A stretch of 64,000 bases of DNA from Podarcis tiliguerta (taxonomy: Eukaryota), in the NCBI GenBank assembly GCA_965153285.1, contig OZ229111.1; one strand, given 5' to 3'. The notes below the pieces were generated by a model. The model saw only the letters and a list, made by a program, of their open reading frames with translations. It was not told where the DNA came from and did not search any database. Shown here in pieces: positions 22,599 to 36,549 of the stretch. Position 1 is the first letter of the stretch; every line of letters begins with the position of its first letter. The translations under genes were made by a program, and so were the position numbers.

Positions 22599-25500
22599 AA
22601 TTTTTAAGTTAAAAGCTTTACAAATTCTAAATGTTAGTAACCTGATTCATCGTATTCCTTTGAAATGTGGGCTATGATGACTAATATACATTATTACGTT
22701 TTTGGAGGAAATGGAACAAAACGTTAGAAAAATAGGCATTGTGTTGAAGAGTAAGATTCTTTTCAGGTTTCACGTTAATGTGATTTCTGCTTCTGTATTG
22801 GGTACCATGGTAAAGTTGCTTAGCTGAAGACAATGCATTGAAGTCTCACAATTTGACCTCTGCTGCATGGAATGTGAAAATAAGCATTATGTGGATCCAA
22901 GAGCTGCTGTAGTGAGTAGTGGTAGACTTGGATTAAGATGACCTAAGTTAAAATCCTGACTCAGCCATGGCTTGGCCTCACAATAACCTAAGTAGGTTTA
23001 GCTCAGATATAACAACTTGGTTAAAAGCCAGGACTTTATGACCAAGCAAGGACTGCAATCTCTCATTTTAAGCTAAACCCCACTGGCACATGAGAGAGAA
23101 ATATTTTAAGCATTGCTTATTTGCTGTTTTTAACACACCAGGCCCAGAAAGTGTAATAAAACCGAGACTATTAGCAGTACTAAGAGAAATTTTTCAGTAT
23201 TTACTCCTGCATAATGAAAATCATTTTGATGCTATATTTACCGGTAAGTGAAAGCTACTAATGCTTTACAGCACATTTGCTAAGCTATGTAGCTGTGCTA
23301 AAAAAAAATGGACATCAGCCTGTGTAGTGCAGCCAAAGAGTTTGCATCCTACATTCACTGCCTCTTACAAGAAATGGCTGTTGAAGTAGAACAATTTAGC
23401 CTTATTGATTCGTGTGAAAACTGTGAAATAATACCTCAGTAAAGACTTTCCTGTTTCAGGTTGGTTGAAAATTCAGTCAAGAGTTCTGGATCCTGACAAG
23501 TAGTCATCTGTGTAGTGATCATAATTACACTCCCACCGCCCCAAAATCAATTCTCTTGTTCTTAAGCATGCCCTTGCAGTCTGCTGAGAACAGTAAGATG
23601 TTTTACAATTCCTTAGAGAGTACATCTGGAGGAAGGAGATTTTAGATTGTGAGGGTATGTGGTGTGAGTTATACTACACCTGGTCATTAACATATTCCTC
23701 CTTTGCAAGTTTTGCTCTTTATGCCTTGTAACTTGTTAAGTCTGAAGATGGAAATTGCAAAGAGGAATAAATAGAGACAGTATTAGAAACTGGGATATAA
23801 AAGCTAGGAGCCAAATAGCTTCTGGGACCTGGGTTGTGGGTGCCAACACAGAATGTTTAGTAGCCATGGGGTGGGGGGCTCGCCAACACTTTTTATTTAT
23901 TATTTTGATAAGCATGAACTAATATGCTATTCACATAAGTGACACATTGTTAATATCACATTTTAAGCCGAAATTTTTAATACATGTTTAATTTGGTGTT
24001 TACGATAAATATATTAGTACTGTATTTCAGTTTCGAATACACTCTACTCTTTAATCTAAAACTCCTTAACATATTGTCTATTTTTAACATATACTTTAAG
24101 GCTTCAAAGCACATACATTTCTGTAATCCTTGAGTGTCAGCCAGGCACAAAAAATGGCACCCAGCCTTTTTGAGGTGCTTGCAAATGGAAAATCTTTTGG
24201 CGCAAAATGGGCCTGGCGCCCTGCTAATTTTGAACCCTGAATAGAGAATAGTATAAATGAATACATTATTTTATTTATTTTAAGAGTTATACTCTGCTTT
24301 TTGATGAAATTGATGAAGCAGTTTACTGTGTTTTGAAATACAAATTATAGGTTTGCAGTATTTTTTTTAAAAAAAACATTTCATTCTTCATTTGGCCACA
24401 CAGGAAAAATATTAGTGAATACAAGCTACTTCTGTGTACTTGACTGTCTTAGATAAATAATTATAATTACCAGTGAATTTATAATTGGTGTCTGATCAAA
24501 CAGAACAATGGCATTCTTAAATTGCTACATTCAGAAATGGTGGGTCTCTATTTTTCTAAAAACAAATTGCTCTTTCATGTTCTTTGAGGAGAAGGAAGGT
24601 CTATGGTACAGCCGTGCTATGTTGTATGAGTCCAGTCTGATTTTCAGGAGATAACTTGTCTTATGATGTCATATTCCCATTACTGCAACATACTCTTGTA
24701 TTCTGAACTTGATTGAATAGCATTTGAACTACATCCATTAGCTGCTTGTGCATTAGTAACCTTATGGCAGTGTTCCAAAAGTGAATGAAGATATTTAACC
24801 TTTGACTCAAAACTGTGTAAACCAGTTCAGTACTGGCTTGTAACTCTGTGTGTGTGTGTTTGTGTGTGTGTGTGTTAGAATGTTTTGTTTCTCTCTTAGA
24901 AAGTAGCAGGATTTGTACAGTTTCGTTGGGAAGGTCTGTGGTACTGTCCCATGTTGTCTGGCAAGGAAATCAGAATTTTCTTCTTTGCTTAACGGATGGC
25001 AGTGATACTTATTTATCACTTGTTTAGGCAGCATGCTCTGTGTTCTCACCAAACTGCATTAAGCTGTACATGTCCTCCTTCATAACTTAAAACATTTATT
25101 TCCTGTCTCTCCTATATTCAGAATAGTTCACAATAACTAAACCTCAAAAAAAAATCACTCTTATTTTTTTAAAAAAATCCAATCTGCAGCCGTTTCAAAT
25201 ACAGATTCCCCACACATCAGTTTCCAAATGCTTTACTGAAGGGAAATCTCTTCTCAAAGCCATCAGCGATGCTCTTGGCTCTGCCAGCCTTCCTATAATA
25301 CTGCAGCAGCCACTGACAAAGCTTTGTGTTATGCAGAGGTTTTTCTGACCTCTCACAAAGACAGTCTAGAAAGCAATATATTAACTGATGATGAGACATG
25401 TAAGAGGTGAGAAAGGGATGTGGATTGTGGGAGACACACAAAAATCTCAAATTCTAAACCAGCACCTTGCATTGAGCCCAACAGGTTAGTAATCAGCGCA

Positions 25501-25804
25501 CTTCCCACAATATTGGTTGAATATGCTCCCATCTCCCTGCAATATAAGGAAGTGAGTCAAAGTTTTATAGAGCATTTGAAGCTTCTGAGTCATCTTTAAG
25601 GCACCTAAAGCAAAGTACATTCACTACTACTATCTGAGATGACACCATGATATCCTAAGACGGGACACAGATTCCTGCTAAAGGTACGATTGAATTTGCC
25701 CTTCACTGTTGCTGCCACTAATGCCTCCTGGCCTAGTCCTGGAAAAATAGGAGCAAATCTATGCTGCAAGTGTGCTCTGATACACCAGTAACCATCCACT
25801 AGAC

Positions 25805-26354
25805 CAGGGGTGGGGAACCTCTGACCTGCGGGCCAAACCTGGCCTGCAACACCATTTTGAGGAAGCCATGCCCACCTGAATACCTGATGCCATACATGAC
25901 ATTAGGTGTGGGGCAGCTTAGGGCAGGGCTTCAAAGGGACAACCAGGAGCTTAAAGTGGGCTTCCTTTGCTGTCGCAAGGAGTTCTCTCAGCTAATGGGC
26001 AGTTGGAGCACACTTTGCTCAAAGAGGGGGAAGTGGTTTCCATTCAATGGAAGCTATTCCCTCCCAGTGCTGTTCTTCTCAAGCCTCTGCGAGCTATTCT
26101 TTTAAACTTCGGAAATTGGGAGTTTAAAGGGGTAGCACAGGAAGACTTGGAAAGTGATCCCATCTACCTGTCAAATTTTTTGGGGGGGGTTAGTGGTTTG
26201 CGGAGGCTTTTTGTGTTCTTGTTGTTACGTATTTTGTGTTCATATCTTGCATTTTTATGTTGTGAACCACCCTGAGATCATTTGACGAATGGCCGCATAC
26301 AAAATTATTTAATTAATTAATTTGGCCTGCAGAAACAGAGATTTCCCCACTCTG
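25805..26354. mobile_element. hAT (Charlie-like) non-autonomous element carrying an L2 tail fragment
   Basis: CAGGGGTGGGGAACCTC ... GAGATTTCCCCACTCTG; 8-bp TSD CACTAGAC/CACTAGAT; L2-like tail TGTGAACCACCCTGAGATC at ~26260-26320. Confidence 0.8.
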
Positions 26355-29300
26355 CACTAGATACAGGTAAATATATTCCTTTCATAGCTTCCAGCTCATT
26401 TCCTGTGTAGATCTTGGAAGTCGCTATATTTCATAAAGAATATTTGTTGTACTTCCTCTTATAGGAGCCGAAATTCAAGTGCCTGTGTATTGCACCTTTA
26501 TCAGTGCTGTTACAGCTATTTTATAATTTGAATGAGGGGTATTTTTCATTATTCATTTAGGGTTCTCTGCTTACCCTGGGGTTCCTGCCTGCTGTAATTG
26601 GGTTTGCTCTATATCTGTGTTCTCTATAAGGTTACAAGATGCTATTCCTGAGAAACTGTAATATATTTCTGGCAGATTTTTGTCCTTTTGGTCTCTGTGC
26701 CAGCTGGCAACTTTCCAAGTGGAAAGTGTGCTGATACTTTTGGTGTGGCATATGGTGTAGGAAGAGAGAATGAACATGCTGATTCCATCGACTGATAAGG
26801 GCACGAGTCTATCCCCATCTCCCCTCTTTTAAATACTGTGTGCCATCATGCAGTAATATGAGAGAACACTCGTAATATGAACAGTCATCTAAATAGCGCA
26901 GCACATTTTCACTACCCTACAAAATAACAATAGTGATAAAATTATGGCGAGTAATTAGAAGATTGCTGATGTGGAGGAGTTGAAGGTTTATGATCATCTA
27001 CCATGACAGCTGATGAAAGCCGGACAATGAATGTCAAAAGGTATTTAATGTGATGTTGGAGACTTCTTGCAAGTGACACTGTTCAATTAACTGATAGGGA
27101 CTCCATTCCTTTGCACCATATTTTAGTGAATATGAGTCAATTCCTTGTGGGCTAAAGTGAAACTAGATACAATTGTGCCATATTGGCCTTGGTTGATTTA
27201 ATTGAGTCCTTAAGGATTCTTACTCTTCTGTACTAATGTCAGCTAATCTTTTAAACTTTACTGTCAAATGGTGTTCACGTGACAGTTTTTCCACTAAGTT
27301 TGTTCTCCTTCCCTTTAGATTAGATGTCAAATAGAACTGTCTTGTTTCCAAAGAGCTGGTGCTGATGCTGCATTTTCAGTTCCTGCTTAAAAGCATTTCT
27401 GAAGTTTCTTTTAGGGTTACATATTTGTGTGATGTGAGATGGATGTGGTGAGCAAAGGGCAGTAGGGCTTCCCATATATCATACTTCTCCCACCCCTTCC
27501 ACAATATGACCTCCATTAGTTGCTGCAGATTCATGTTTAGATTAGCAGCCAATTACACCCATTCTAACAGATTACATTCATTAAGGCAAAACAAATGTGT
27601 TTTCCATGTTGCAGACTTACATCCTTCCATTGATGAGTGATGTTGGGTGAATCCTGCTCAGTGTTTTTAGGATTTATCAGTCTTCGGTACCAGAATAGCA
27701 AAATGTTTTATGATGGTCTTCATCTCAAAAATGTACTATAGATGTAAGAATGAAATTTGAGTTGGATTTTTTTTTAGCCGGACACGCATACTTGTGTATT
27801 GGTTTTTCCTTAAATATCTCCATGACAGTTAGAGAAAGCATTTTAAGTATCTTCCTTGGAATAGGACTCCTGCATCAGTAAAAGATACCTTCTTAAAATT
27901 TAATGAATACCAAAAAAAGCAAAGATAAATAATATTCAGTCCACAATTCAGCTAAACCCCTGAAAAGAACATTTGAACGAGGCAAAAAATCTGAAAAAGA
28001 CTTCCTAAGTGGAGAGCAAGACTTGGATTTAATGTTTTTTGAGATTCAGGTATAAAGCACTCTTACAGGAGACGGTTTCTGTTCATAGCCCTCTTGGAAA
28101 ATAGTTTCTTTGTTTTTTTACTAGTCAACAACTATATTAGTCATTAAGGTCTATAACTGAAAACAAAACAGATTATATTTGGCTTCAGCTGGACAAGCTA
28201 GCACCTAATCTATACCTTAAAGACTGGAATGTTAGGTAGGAGTAATATGAAGTGCATTCTTGGCTATGATCAAAGGTTAGCTTTCACAATTCAGGATGCA
28301 CAGCAATGTGTATGCATAGTTCAAATGGCAATTGATATGAAATTCTTTGGCTTAAAGTGCCACAAATTCACTCTGTCCACTGACAGGCACCAGTAGGAAC
28401 AGAGAAGATACAAAGGGCACGTTAACCTGCATTTCTCACCCTCCCCTCCAAACTTGTGTCAGAACACTAGGTTATACAATCAGTAGAATTAAGTGGCAAA
28501 GTGCTCTCTTAAGTCCTACTTTAGACTTGACAGCAGAATCCCATGTTTGTAGACTCCCCTTTGTAAATTCCCTTCATCTAGGGAAGAAAGCAGGGTGGAT
28601 TCAACCAGTGCTTCATTGCTGCTCACACTTGGGGTGGGGAAAGCTTGAAGAGCTCTGTCTCCTCCTCTGTGTGGGAAAGTAGCTGAGTCCTTCGGAATGG
28701 AGACTACAAACAGGTGCCTGATTAAGTTTCCTGATCTGCCAGTTACATATCCCCATGTTAAGTTATCATTTGAATGATGGATTATGATAAATGGGAGTTT
28801 GACTGCCAAGTGGTTGGGGAGTATTTAAACAATAAGGTAAACCGAATAACAGGTAAATTAGACCTTCTCTCAGATGCCTCTCTAGGATCTGCATCTCCCA
28901 TCTCCCAACCCACTGGGCTCCTCAGCAGGATGAAAGAGACTGTGGGTGCCCAGCTACTGCTCCCCCAGACCACTGGGACCCTTCTCATGATCATCCTTCT
29001 CCAGCTTCCCAGTCTCCTCCCATTCCTTCTCTACATTCAACCACCCTTTCCAGAATGTGTTTGCCAGACTCCTGACAGACAGGATCAGGCAGGCCAAAGT
29101 AAAATCAGCACAAGGCTGCGCTCATCTGGGTTGAGCCTGGAAAACATTCATACCTGGTGTGGGGAAACTTGACTGCATCCCCTTCTGGGCAAGTTTCCAG
29201 CAGCCCCATGTCATTGCTGAGCAGGGCCAGAGGCAAAAGTGGGCAGAACAGTTAATGTGAATTTTACTTTTTGCGCATTAAGCTGGTATCTTCTCATTTG

Positions 29301-30652
29301 CACATTACTCTTGATCCTCCATCTAGGCAAGCAAGAAGCATTGTCACAATTCCAAGGACATGTTTCAGCCAGACTTGAGGAGGGTGCAAAGCAATATTGG
29401 TGTGGGATGTGTGGCTTAAAAAGATATGTGGCCTGTGGAGAGCTGTGGCCAGGTAAAGGGGCCTGGAGGGCCACATTTGGCCCCCATCCCAGAAGTTCCG
29501 TATTCCTTCTTCATACAGAGACCATTTTATCCAAGTGCAAAATTATTGTGTGTGGTGTTTTGATGATGTAGGCAAAGCATTTGTATGTCGAAGCTCCTGT
29601 GGTGGTCTTGCAAGCCATAACTTTGTATTGGTAAATGCAAGTTACTGCTGAAGTTCACCAAGAAAGACTTTGTATTCCTCTGAATTTAATGTTACAAGCG
29701 AGTAGAAGTTCCCCCTTCTGTGAACCTAATTGTTGCGTAGTCTCACTTTAGTTTTTCTTTTTCTTCATCACATTCCTTTTTTAGAATGGGAACTTCCAGA
29801 GACTGGGTGCTTTGCATGCTTGCTGTGTTGCTTCAGAGATCAAAGTAACTTGGTGCACATACTTTAACCTACATCTCTGTTCTGTAGGGGTCTTTGCGCT
29901 TTCATTTCCTTGGCTGCTCTGCAGCTAGCATTATCTAAAAAGAGAGTGAGCAGTGGCAGCTGTAAACATAAGGATAAAGTCAGTCATTTGCAGTTTCTCC
30001 ACATACCTAGAAACATGAGCAGTTTAGCTCAGAGAACATTTTTGTGTGATCGAATAAATTATTTAAACAGGAGCAATATGCTTCATGAGCAAAGCTTCGT
30101 GAAATTGCACAGGGGCCTAAGAACTGAAACTGCATTTCTGGCCTGCAGCTAAGTTTATTCATTTGCATGTATATAATAAAGTAAGCTGACTCATAAAATG
30201 TCTGTAAAATACTGGCGCTCATCTTCAGGGCGCTTGACCCTGACACTTGACTAGCAGTGACTGAACAACTTTGATATGCTCTGAAGTACTGTAAAATAAA
30301 ACAGGTGTTTCCAAACAATTCACAGTATATTTAAAATGCTGTCATTGCATCAGTGCTTCCATCGGCCCTTAAAATGTACAGTATCTTAATGGACAAACTG
30401 CAGCATGTATTTATACCATGGCAACAACTAAAGCAATTTTAGAAAACTATTTCCTTCAATCCAATTATGCTACAGTTGTACTGTTAGTATTACACACTTC
30501 TTGATTAAAATGATGAATTTGGTTTCAGTGGGAGTCCAGCTTGATACTTTCATCATTTGCACTAGAATGTTACTAGTTTGAGTGTGATGTGTGTATAGAA
30601 ACTTGCTCATCAGGTATTCTTCTTGGGGGCAGGCAAGGTTACTCTTGAGTTA

Positions 30653-30991
30653 CCGTATTTTTGCCCTATGGGGTGCACTAGCCCATAGGGCGCACCTAGT
30701 TTGGGGGGGGGAATAAAGGGGGGAAAATCCTGCCGGAAATAAAGGGGAAAAAATCCCGCCGGTCCCCCCAGGCTTGCGGATATCTGCCCGAAGCCCGGGG
30801 CGCGCTCCGCTGCGCTCCCAAGGCTTGTGGATAGCTTCCTGAAGCCTAGAGAGCAAGAGGGGTTGGTGCGCAGCGACCCCTCTCGCTTTCCAGGCTTCAG
30901 CGAAAGCCTGCATTCACCCCATAGGACGCACACACATTTCCCCTTCATTTTTGGAGGGGAAAAAGTGCGTCCTATAGGGTGAAAAATACGG
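30653..30991. mobile_element. Tc1/mariner (Tc2/pogo-like) MITE, young
   Basis: TA|CCGTATTTTTGCCCTATGGGGTGCAC ... GTGCGTCCTATAGGGTGAAAAATACGG|TA; CpGs retained. Confidence 0.9.
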
Positions 30992-31195
30992 TATATAGGA
31001 GCCAACAGATCTCAGTAATTATAGTGGATGATTTGGGTGTCTGATTGAGATCTGAACCAATCAGATCTTATTTGTCTTGATAGCAGGACCTAAATTCAGC
31101 AATGCCAATTTAATTTGATGTTATTATGTTCAGTTTTCAAAAGCAACATGTCTGAGGTTCAGTTGTTGAACACTGGTTTCTTTTTTAAAGGGTGC

Positions 31196-31557
31196 TGTAG
31201 TGGTTCTAGGGGTTGCTCGTGCGTAAGCCGGTGCAAACACCTGGCTGGGTTGGCTGAGTGAACCTTTTCTGTCCGGACAGCCACTCACCCGTGGCTGTCT
31301 CAATCGCTGGCAGAATCCGTCAGTGGGCGTTTCTTAAACTTCTTCCAGCAAAGAAGCTCTTTGACGCCTAGTCTTCTCCTACTCTCTCTGCGCGAAAGCC
31401 TTCTGCGCAAGGAGGGCGTAGGCAGCGGAGGACCTCTACTCTCCCCGCTGGTCCCCGGCAAGGAGTCATGGGACCGCCTCTCCCAATCCCGGGACGCTCT
31501 CTGGAATCCCTCTGGATTTTGCTCTCACCCTCCAGCACTGATGGCAGTTCCCTGACA
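31196..31557 (-). mobile_element. Solo LTR, probably Gypsy-type
   Basis: TG...CA termini (TGTAGTGG ... CCCTGACA), 5-bp TSD GGTGC/GGTGT, GC/CpG-rich block in an AT-rich intron; orientation inferred. Confidence 0.7.
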
Positions 31558-33700
31558 GGTGTTCTGTAAGAATTCCCAATTAACTTTCCCTCTGAGTAAT
31601 AACACAACAGAGGAATTACTCAGTTCAGCGTGCTCAAAATAGATAACTATATCTGAACAGCTTAATTAGACTCTCAAATTAGTTTTAGTTTCAAAGCATA
31701 TCAGGAATGAATCAAGTAGAACTGTCTTCATAGGAAACCTGTTTCTCTTTAGTGATAACCATAGCTCAGAGTTAGATTTGACCTGTGTGCATGCAGAAAA
31801 CTAACTGTGGTCTATCAGTCCTCCAGGTAGTGATAATGAAATGGAGAAAATCAAGCAAGCCAGATTATACCTTTAAGGCAGGAGTAGGTATTTTAGTACA
31901 GATGTGGGGAACCTTTGGCCCTCCAGATGTTGCTGAGTTTACAGCTCCCCTCATCCCTGGCCATTGACCCAAAGGTAGGTTGCTATTATCACTCACCTTT
32001 ATTGAGTTGGAACTGGAATAGTGACATCTGAACTAGCTGTACCAGTTCATTGTGCTGCTTTGAACATGACCACCTTTAAGTGTAAGAGTGTGTAGGAAAA
32101 CTACAGATGGCATATCATGTCTGATGCTGCAAGCAAAAGTGGTCATTCCTTAGTTATTTCTTTACCTGCTTTCTGCTCCCCTCCCCACTGGAATCACTGA
32201 GGAATGAAGTCTGTATATGGATGAGCCATCTAATCTATTTTTATTATTATTATTTTTTGCTATTTTGCATCTTGTAGCATGACCATTAAAAACAGCTACA
32301 CTACCTCCAGTACTTCATTATCCAGCACTACTTAAGATGGAATCGAGTCCAAATGCAAACACACAAGCCCTACTGTTCTGCTCCAGGCACAAACAGAATT
32401 TCTATACTATATCTTCTGTGTACTTCTCCGTGTTCCTCTCTAGCCTCTGGTGCCTCGTGTCTCATAGTGCTAAGTCACAAAACTTTGATCCATGTATTTG
32501 AAACACGGAATACTAACCAGATTCTTGTTGCTCTTCATTAAAGCACAAATACACTTCATGCAGTCTCCAAGAATGTATGTGTAGACTTGGGTTTTAAAAG
32601 ATATTCTTAAACATTTATCTTCTTCAAAAAATACCACAGTGTAGATAGGTTAAGGCTTATGATGATATAGCAAAAAGCCAATGAATCCATTATGTATTCT
32701 CCAAATGGTAAGTCTATAAATTAAGATTCCCCCCCCCATGTATTACATTTTCCCATGAGAAGGTAAAGATTATAAGATAATTCTGTCTTTCCTCTTACAC
32801 GTCAGACTCAATATGTGCAGGAAAATGTGCCCTGCTTGGTTCTGTAGTGCAGAACTAAACAGGCTTTGTTTCCTCTGGACTACTTTTAAAAGGCTGTTTT
32901 TCCAGCAAGATCTTGTCCTGTTAAAATGCATATGCCGTTGAAAAATCAGCACATTTGTGTACAAAATGGATCAGAAAGCCTTAGGCTTCTGCCACCCCTT
33001 CCCCCTCCCAGTCTCCACACATGAGGACTTACCTGAGTTATATAGATCATTCTCAAAACCTGAAAAATCTCTATAAATTTACTAATGGAGGTGGAATACT
33101 AGTAGACTAGAAAGACTAGTGGTCTGACATCACTAGCATACGGTATTTTAAATATGGGAAGCTGGTGTTAAATGCCTTGCTTACCTAAAGGTTTTGTTTT
33201 TTTGCATAAAGCTAACTGTTACAGAAAAGAATTGGTGATTAAGCGCTTGAAATGAAGCTGTACTAGAGTAACTGGCTTCCAGACAGCTGTTTGACGCTCT
33301 GTTAATTGAATAGCTGTACTTCTAATGAGGCTTTATGGTTATATATTAGCAGTGTTGTGATAAACCAGCTGGGCCCAACTGGTGTCTTGTCATAATGCCA
33401 AATATAAATGCCTTTTTTAACACTTTCAGATAAGGTGATATAACTTCATTGCAAAGCTACAGTGATGTGAAACAAATGCTTGCTCTTAAAAACCTTGGGA
33501 GAGCTTTTTAGGTATATCTGATCCTTTACACTAGGTTAGACAGAATGTTGGCTTCGTGGTAGTGGGATGGTTAAAAGCAAGCATCCAGTTGTTGCTTAAA
33601 TTGGCAGTAGAAGCAATTGTTCATTAATTACTTTTCCATATTACACACGCTTAAGTTAATGTCGTTCTGTGCATATATTTTTTCATGATTTCCTGATAAG

Positions 33701-33843
33701 GACCGAGGGATAGCTCAGTCAGTAGAGCATGAGACTCTTAATCTCAGGGTTGCGGGTTTGAGCCCCACATTGGGCAAAAGATTCCTACATTGCAGAGGGT
33801 TGGTCTGGATGACCCTCATGCTCCCTTCCAATCCTATGATTCT
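33701..33843 (+). mobile_element. tRNA-Lys(CTT)-derived SINE with CR1 3' tail (POMSINE-like)
   Basis: GATAGCTCAGTCAGTAGAGCATGAGACTCTTAATCTCAGGGTTGCGGGTTTGAGCCCCACATTGGGC followed directly by AGATTCCTACATTGCAG..GATGACCCTC..CCCTTCCAA..TATGATTCT, matching the CR1 tail at 4595-4663. Confidence 0.9.
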
Positions 33844-33914
33844 AAAGTAGTGGGGACCATGAGATTCATACACCAGCAGGTGGGGAGAGTATGTGTATCA
33901 AGGAGCATTTAGGG

Positions 33915-34167
33915 CATGGGTAGGCAAACTAAGGATCGGGAGCTGGATCTGGCCCAATCGCCTTCTAAATCCAGCCTGAGGACGGTCCGGGAATCAGCAT
34001 GTTTTTACATGAGTAGAATGTGCCCTTTTATTTAAAAGGCATCTCTGAGTTATTTGTGGGGCATAGGAATTCGTTCATCCCCCCCCCAAAAAAAAATATA
34101 GTCCGGCCCACCACAAAGTCTGAGGGACAGTGGACTGGCCCCCTGCTGAAAAGGTTTGCTGACCGTA
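33915..34167. mobile_element. hAT-Charlie MITE resembling OposCharlie1 (OC1) derivatives
   Basis: CATGGGTAGGCAAACTAAGG ... TATAGTCCGGCCC..GTCTGAGGGACAGTGGACTGGCCCCCTGCTGAAAAGGTTTGCTGACC; TSD ATTTAGGG/ATTTAGAG. Confidence 0.82.
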
Positions 34168-36170
34168 ATTTAGAGTCTTAGGATTGAGAAAATGCATCTC
34201 TTTAGCCATTCATGTGAGCTACAGTCTGTTAGACAATAGATTTGCCACTACTTACCTAGAATATTTATCGGTACTTTGTTGGGCTGCTACTGTGAACCTA
34301 CCTTGACCTTTGCATGAAAATATGAGTGGAGGAATCTTTTGGTCTCCTGATTTGAATGTTCCACCAAGGAGAGTGAAATATCCTACTGCTGCATAGATGT
34401 TGCATTGACTTAGTCTCCAAGAACTTTAAAAAAATTGGCTATTTGATGTTTTATACAGAAATAAAAAAGATAGCAATAAAGAATGGCAATAAACGATCAC
34501 TGTGTACTTGTGTGTATGGAGGAGACTGAAGGGGGTGGAGGAGGCAGGGTATAGGGTACAAGATTCAGTTGGTTGCCCCAAATAGTTGGATATTCATTAT
34601 TTACACAAACAAGTCTGCATAGGGCATTGACCTTTCCATCCTTTTATACTTATCAATAAGGCACTTCCTTGTAGGTGGCGAGTTGCATCATGTCCCAATT
34701 CACAATTGGGGAAGATGATCTCTCCTTCCAGAACTGAAGTTTAAGCATTTGACTACCATCAGTGCCCACAGCAATCAGTCACACCCCTCTGACAGGTTCC
34801 AGAGGGTTGGTACCTAATTCATCGAAATATCAGGGATGTTTCTAAGACTATATTTTGCAAGAATTTTCTTGATCCTATGTACGATTGAATAGTCTGTGCC
34901 TTGTCATTTCTATTGTGTATTTAGTGCCTGTGTTACTATATCATTCATTTGAGAGCATTCTCCTATATTTTTGGAATTTGAAGGTTTAGCAAAATAGTAG
35001 GTTCTCTAAAGGTTTTATGGGACGTGACAGCAAATACGATATACAGTATATGCATGTATGACAGCTAATACCTTATGTATTAGCTCTTGCCTGCAATTAA
35101 TTTTATTGTTCCCCTAACACTGAGAGAGTGCGGCTTTTTAATTTTAGATCTTTACCGCACCCTCTTACATTATGCTTCCTTGTGTTATTTACTCTTCTAG
35201 CTTGTGTCATGGAAACAGTATCTCTTGGAGGTGATTTTACTTAGCCTCACAAAGTCAGTGGTGATGGTGATTGGTTCAGTAAATAGCTGTGTGCTTTTAA
35301 TGTAGGCTCAGTGTGTGGGTATGTTGCATATGAATATGAACTTCCTGATAGGCTATTTGTCTACCTTTTTATTCCATTGCTTGTTACAGTGAAAGAGGAA
35401 CTCAATGTGCAGGAAACATTGGGTCTGAAGCTTCTGCTGTATTTAGTATTCTTTTTTTAAAAAAACAAGCAAACATTAAAACATAAATAAAGCTGTAAAG
35501 TAAAGAAATAGTCACTCAGTAAGTAAACAGGCAAGTGAAGTGTACCTTAACAATAACATGCCAGTACAAATAAAAACCCAGAGAAAGGAAAACGAGACTA
35601 GAGTGGGCCTTACTAAAATAAATGCCATATTAATTGTTAATAATCTTAGTGCTAAATCTTATAGAAAAGGGGTTGCTGTCTAACTCAATCAACTCATACG
35701 TGTTCCAAAAAATCTGAAATTTCCATTCTTGTTCAAATCTATTAATATTTTGTATCCCTTCTCTTACCCATAGGGTCAAAGTAATCTTACTTCGTGTTTC
35801 AAGTTCCCATATTGTAATATGTCACTGTTTTAGATCCAGTGCTTTTTGTTTCTAGTATTTAGCGTACGACACTCTTGTACTTGAAAATTTACATTGCCAG
35901 TGGATTTACTGCTTCATCTCTGTCTGGGACAGTTTTGGTGACATGAAAAATGAAGGTGTTGTGCAGGAAAGTAGCTTTTGACTAACTAGATCATGTGCTA
36001 ATCTTTGCTTCTTTCAGTCATGTTTCTGATTAGACACGAGTCAGGGTACTATAGTAGATAAAGTGCTGTTTTTAGACAGGGAATACTTGCATTTTAATTC
36101 ACATTCAGTCATAAATCTTGCTGACCTGCTTTGGGTGAGCCTCTTGTCATTCAGTTTCGCCTACTTCAAA

Positions 36171-36549
36171 CGCGGGTGGTGCTGTAGTCTAAACCACTGA
36201 GCCTCTTGGGCTTGTCGATCAGAAGGTTGGCGGTGTGAATCCTGCGACGGAGTGAGCTCCCTTTGCTCTGTCCCAGCTCCTGCCAAACTAGCAGTTCGAA
36301 AGCACCCCAGTGCAAGTAGAAAAATAGGTACCGCTATGGTGGGAAGGTAAATGGCGTTTCCGTGCACTCCGATTTCCGTCACGGTGTCCCATTGCTCCGG
36401 AAGTGGTTTAGTCATGCTGGCCACATGACCTGGAAAGCTGTCTGTGGACAAACGCCGGTTCCCTTGGCCTGAAAGCAAGATGAGCGTCTCAACCCCATAG
36501 TCGCCATTGAGTGGACTTAACTGTCCAGGGGTCCTTTACCTTTACCTTT
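36171..36549 (+). mobile_element. Sauria SINE
   Basis: Same head, body and tail as the 22212 copy; TSD TACTTCAAA (36162-36170, 36550-36558). Confidence 0.93.

Noticed and set aside
33701-33776. Apparent tRNA-Lys(CTT) gene
   Set aside because: T-loop mutated (GTTTGAG), acceptor stem imperfect, and fused directly to a CR1 tail: it is a SINE head.
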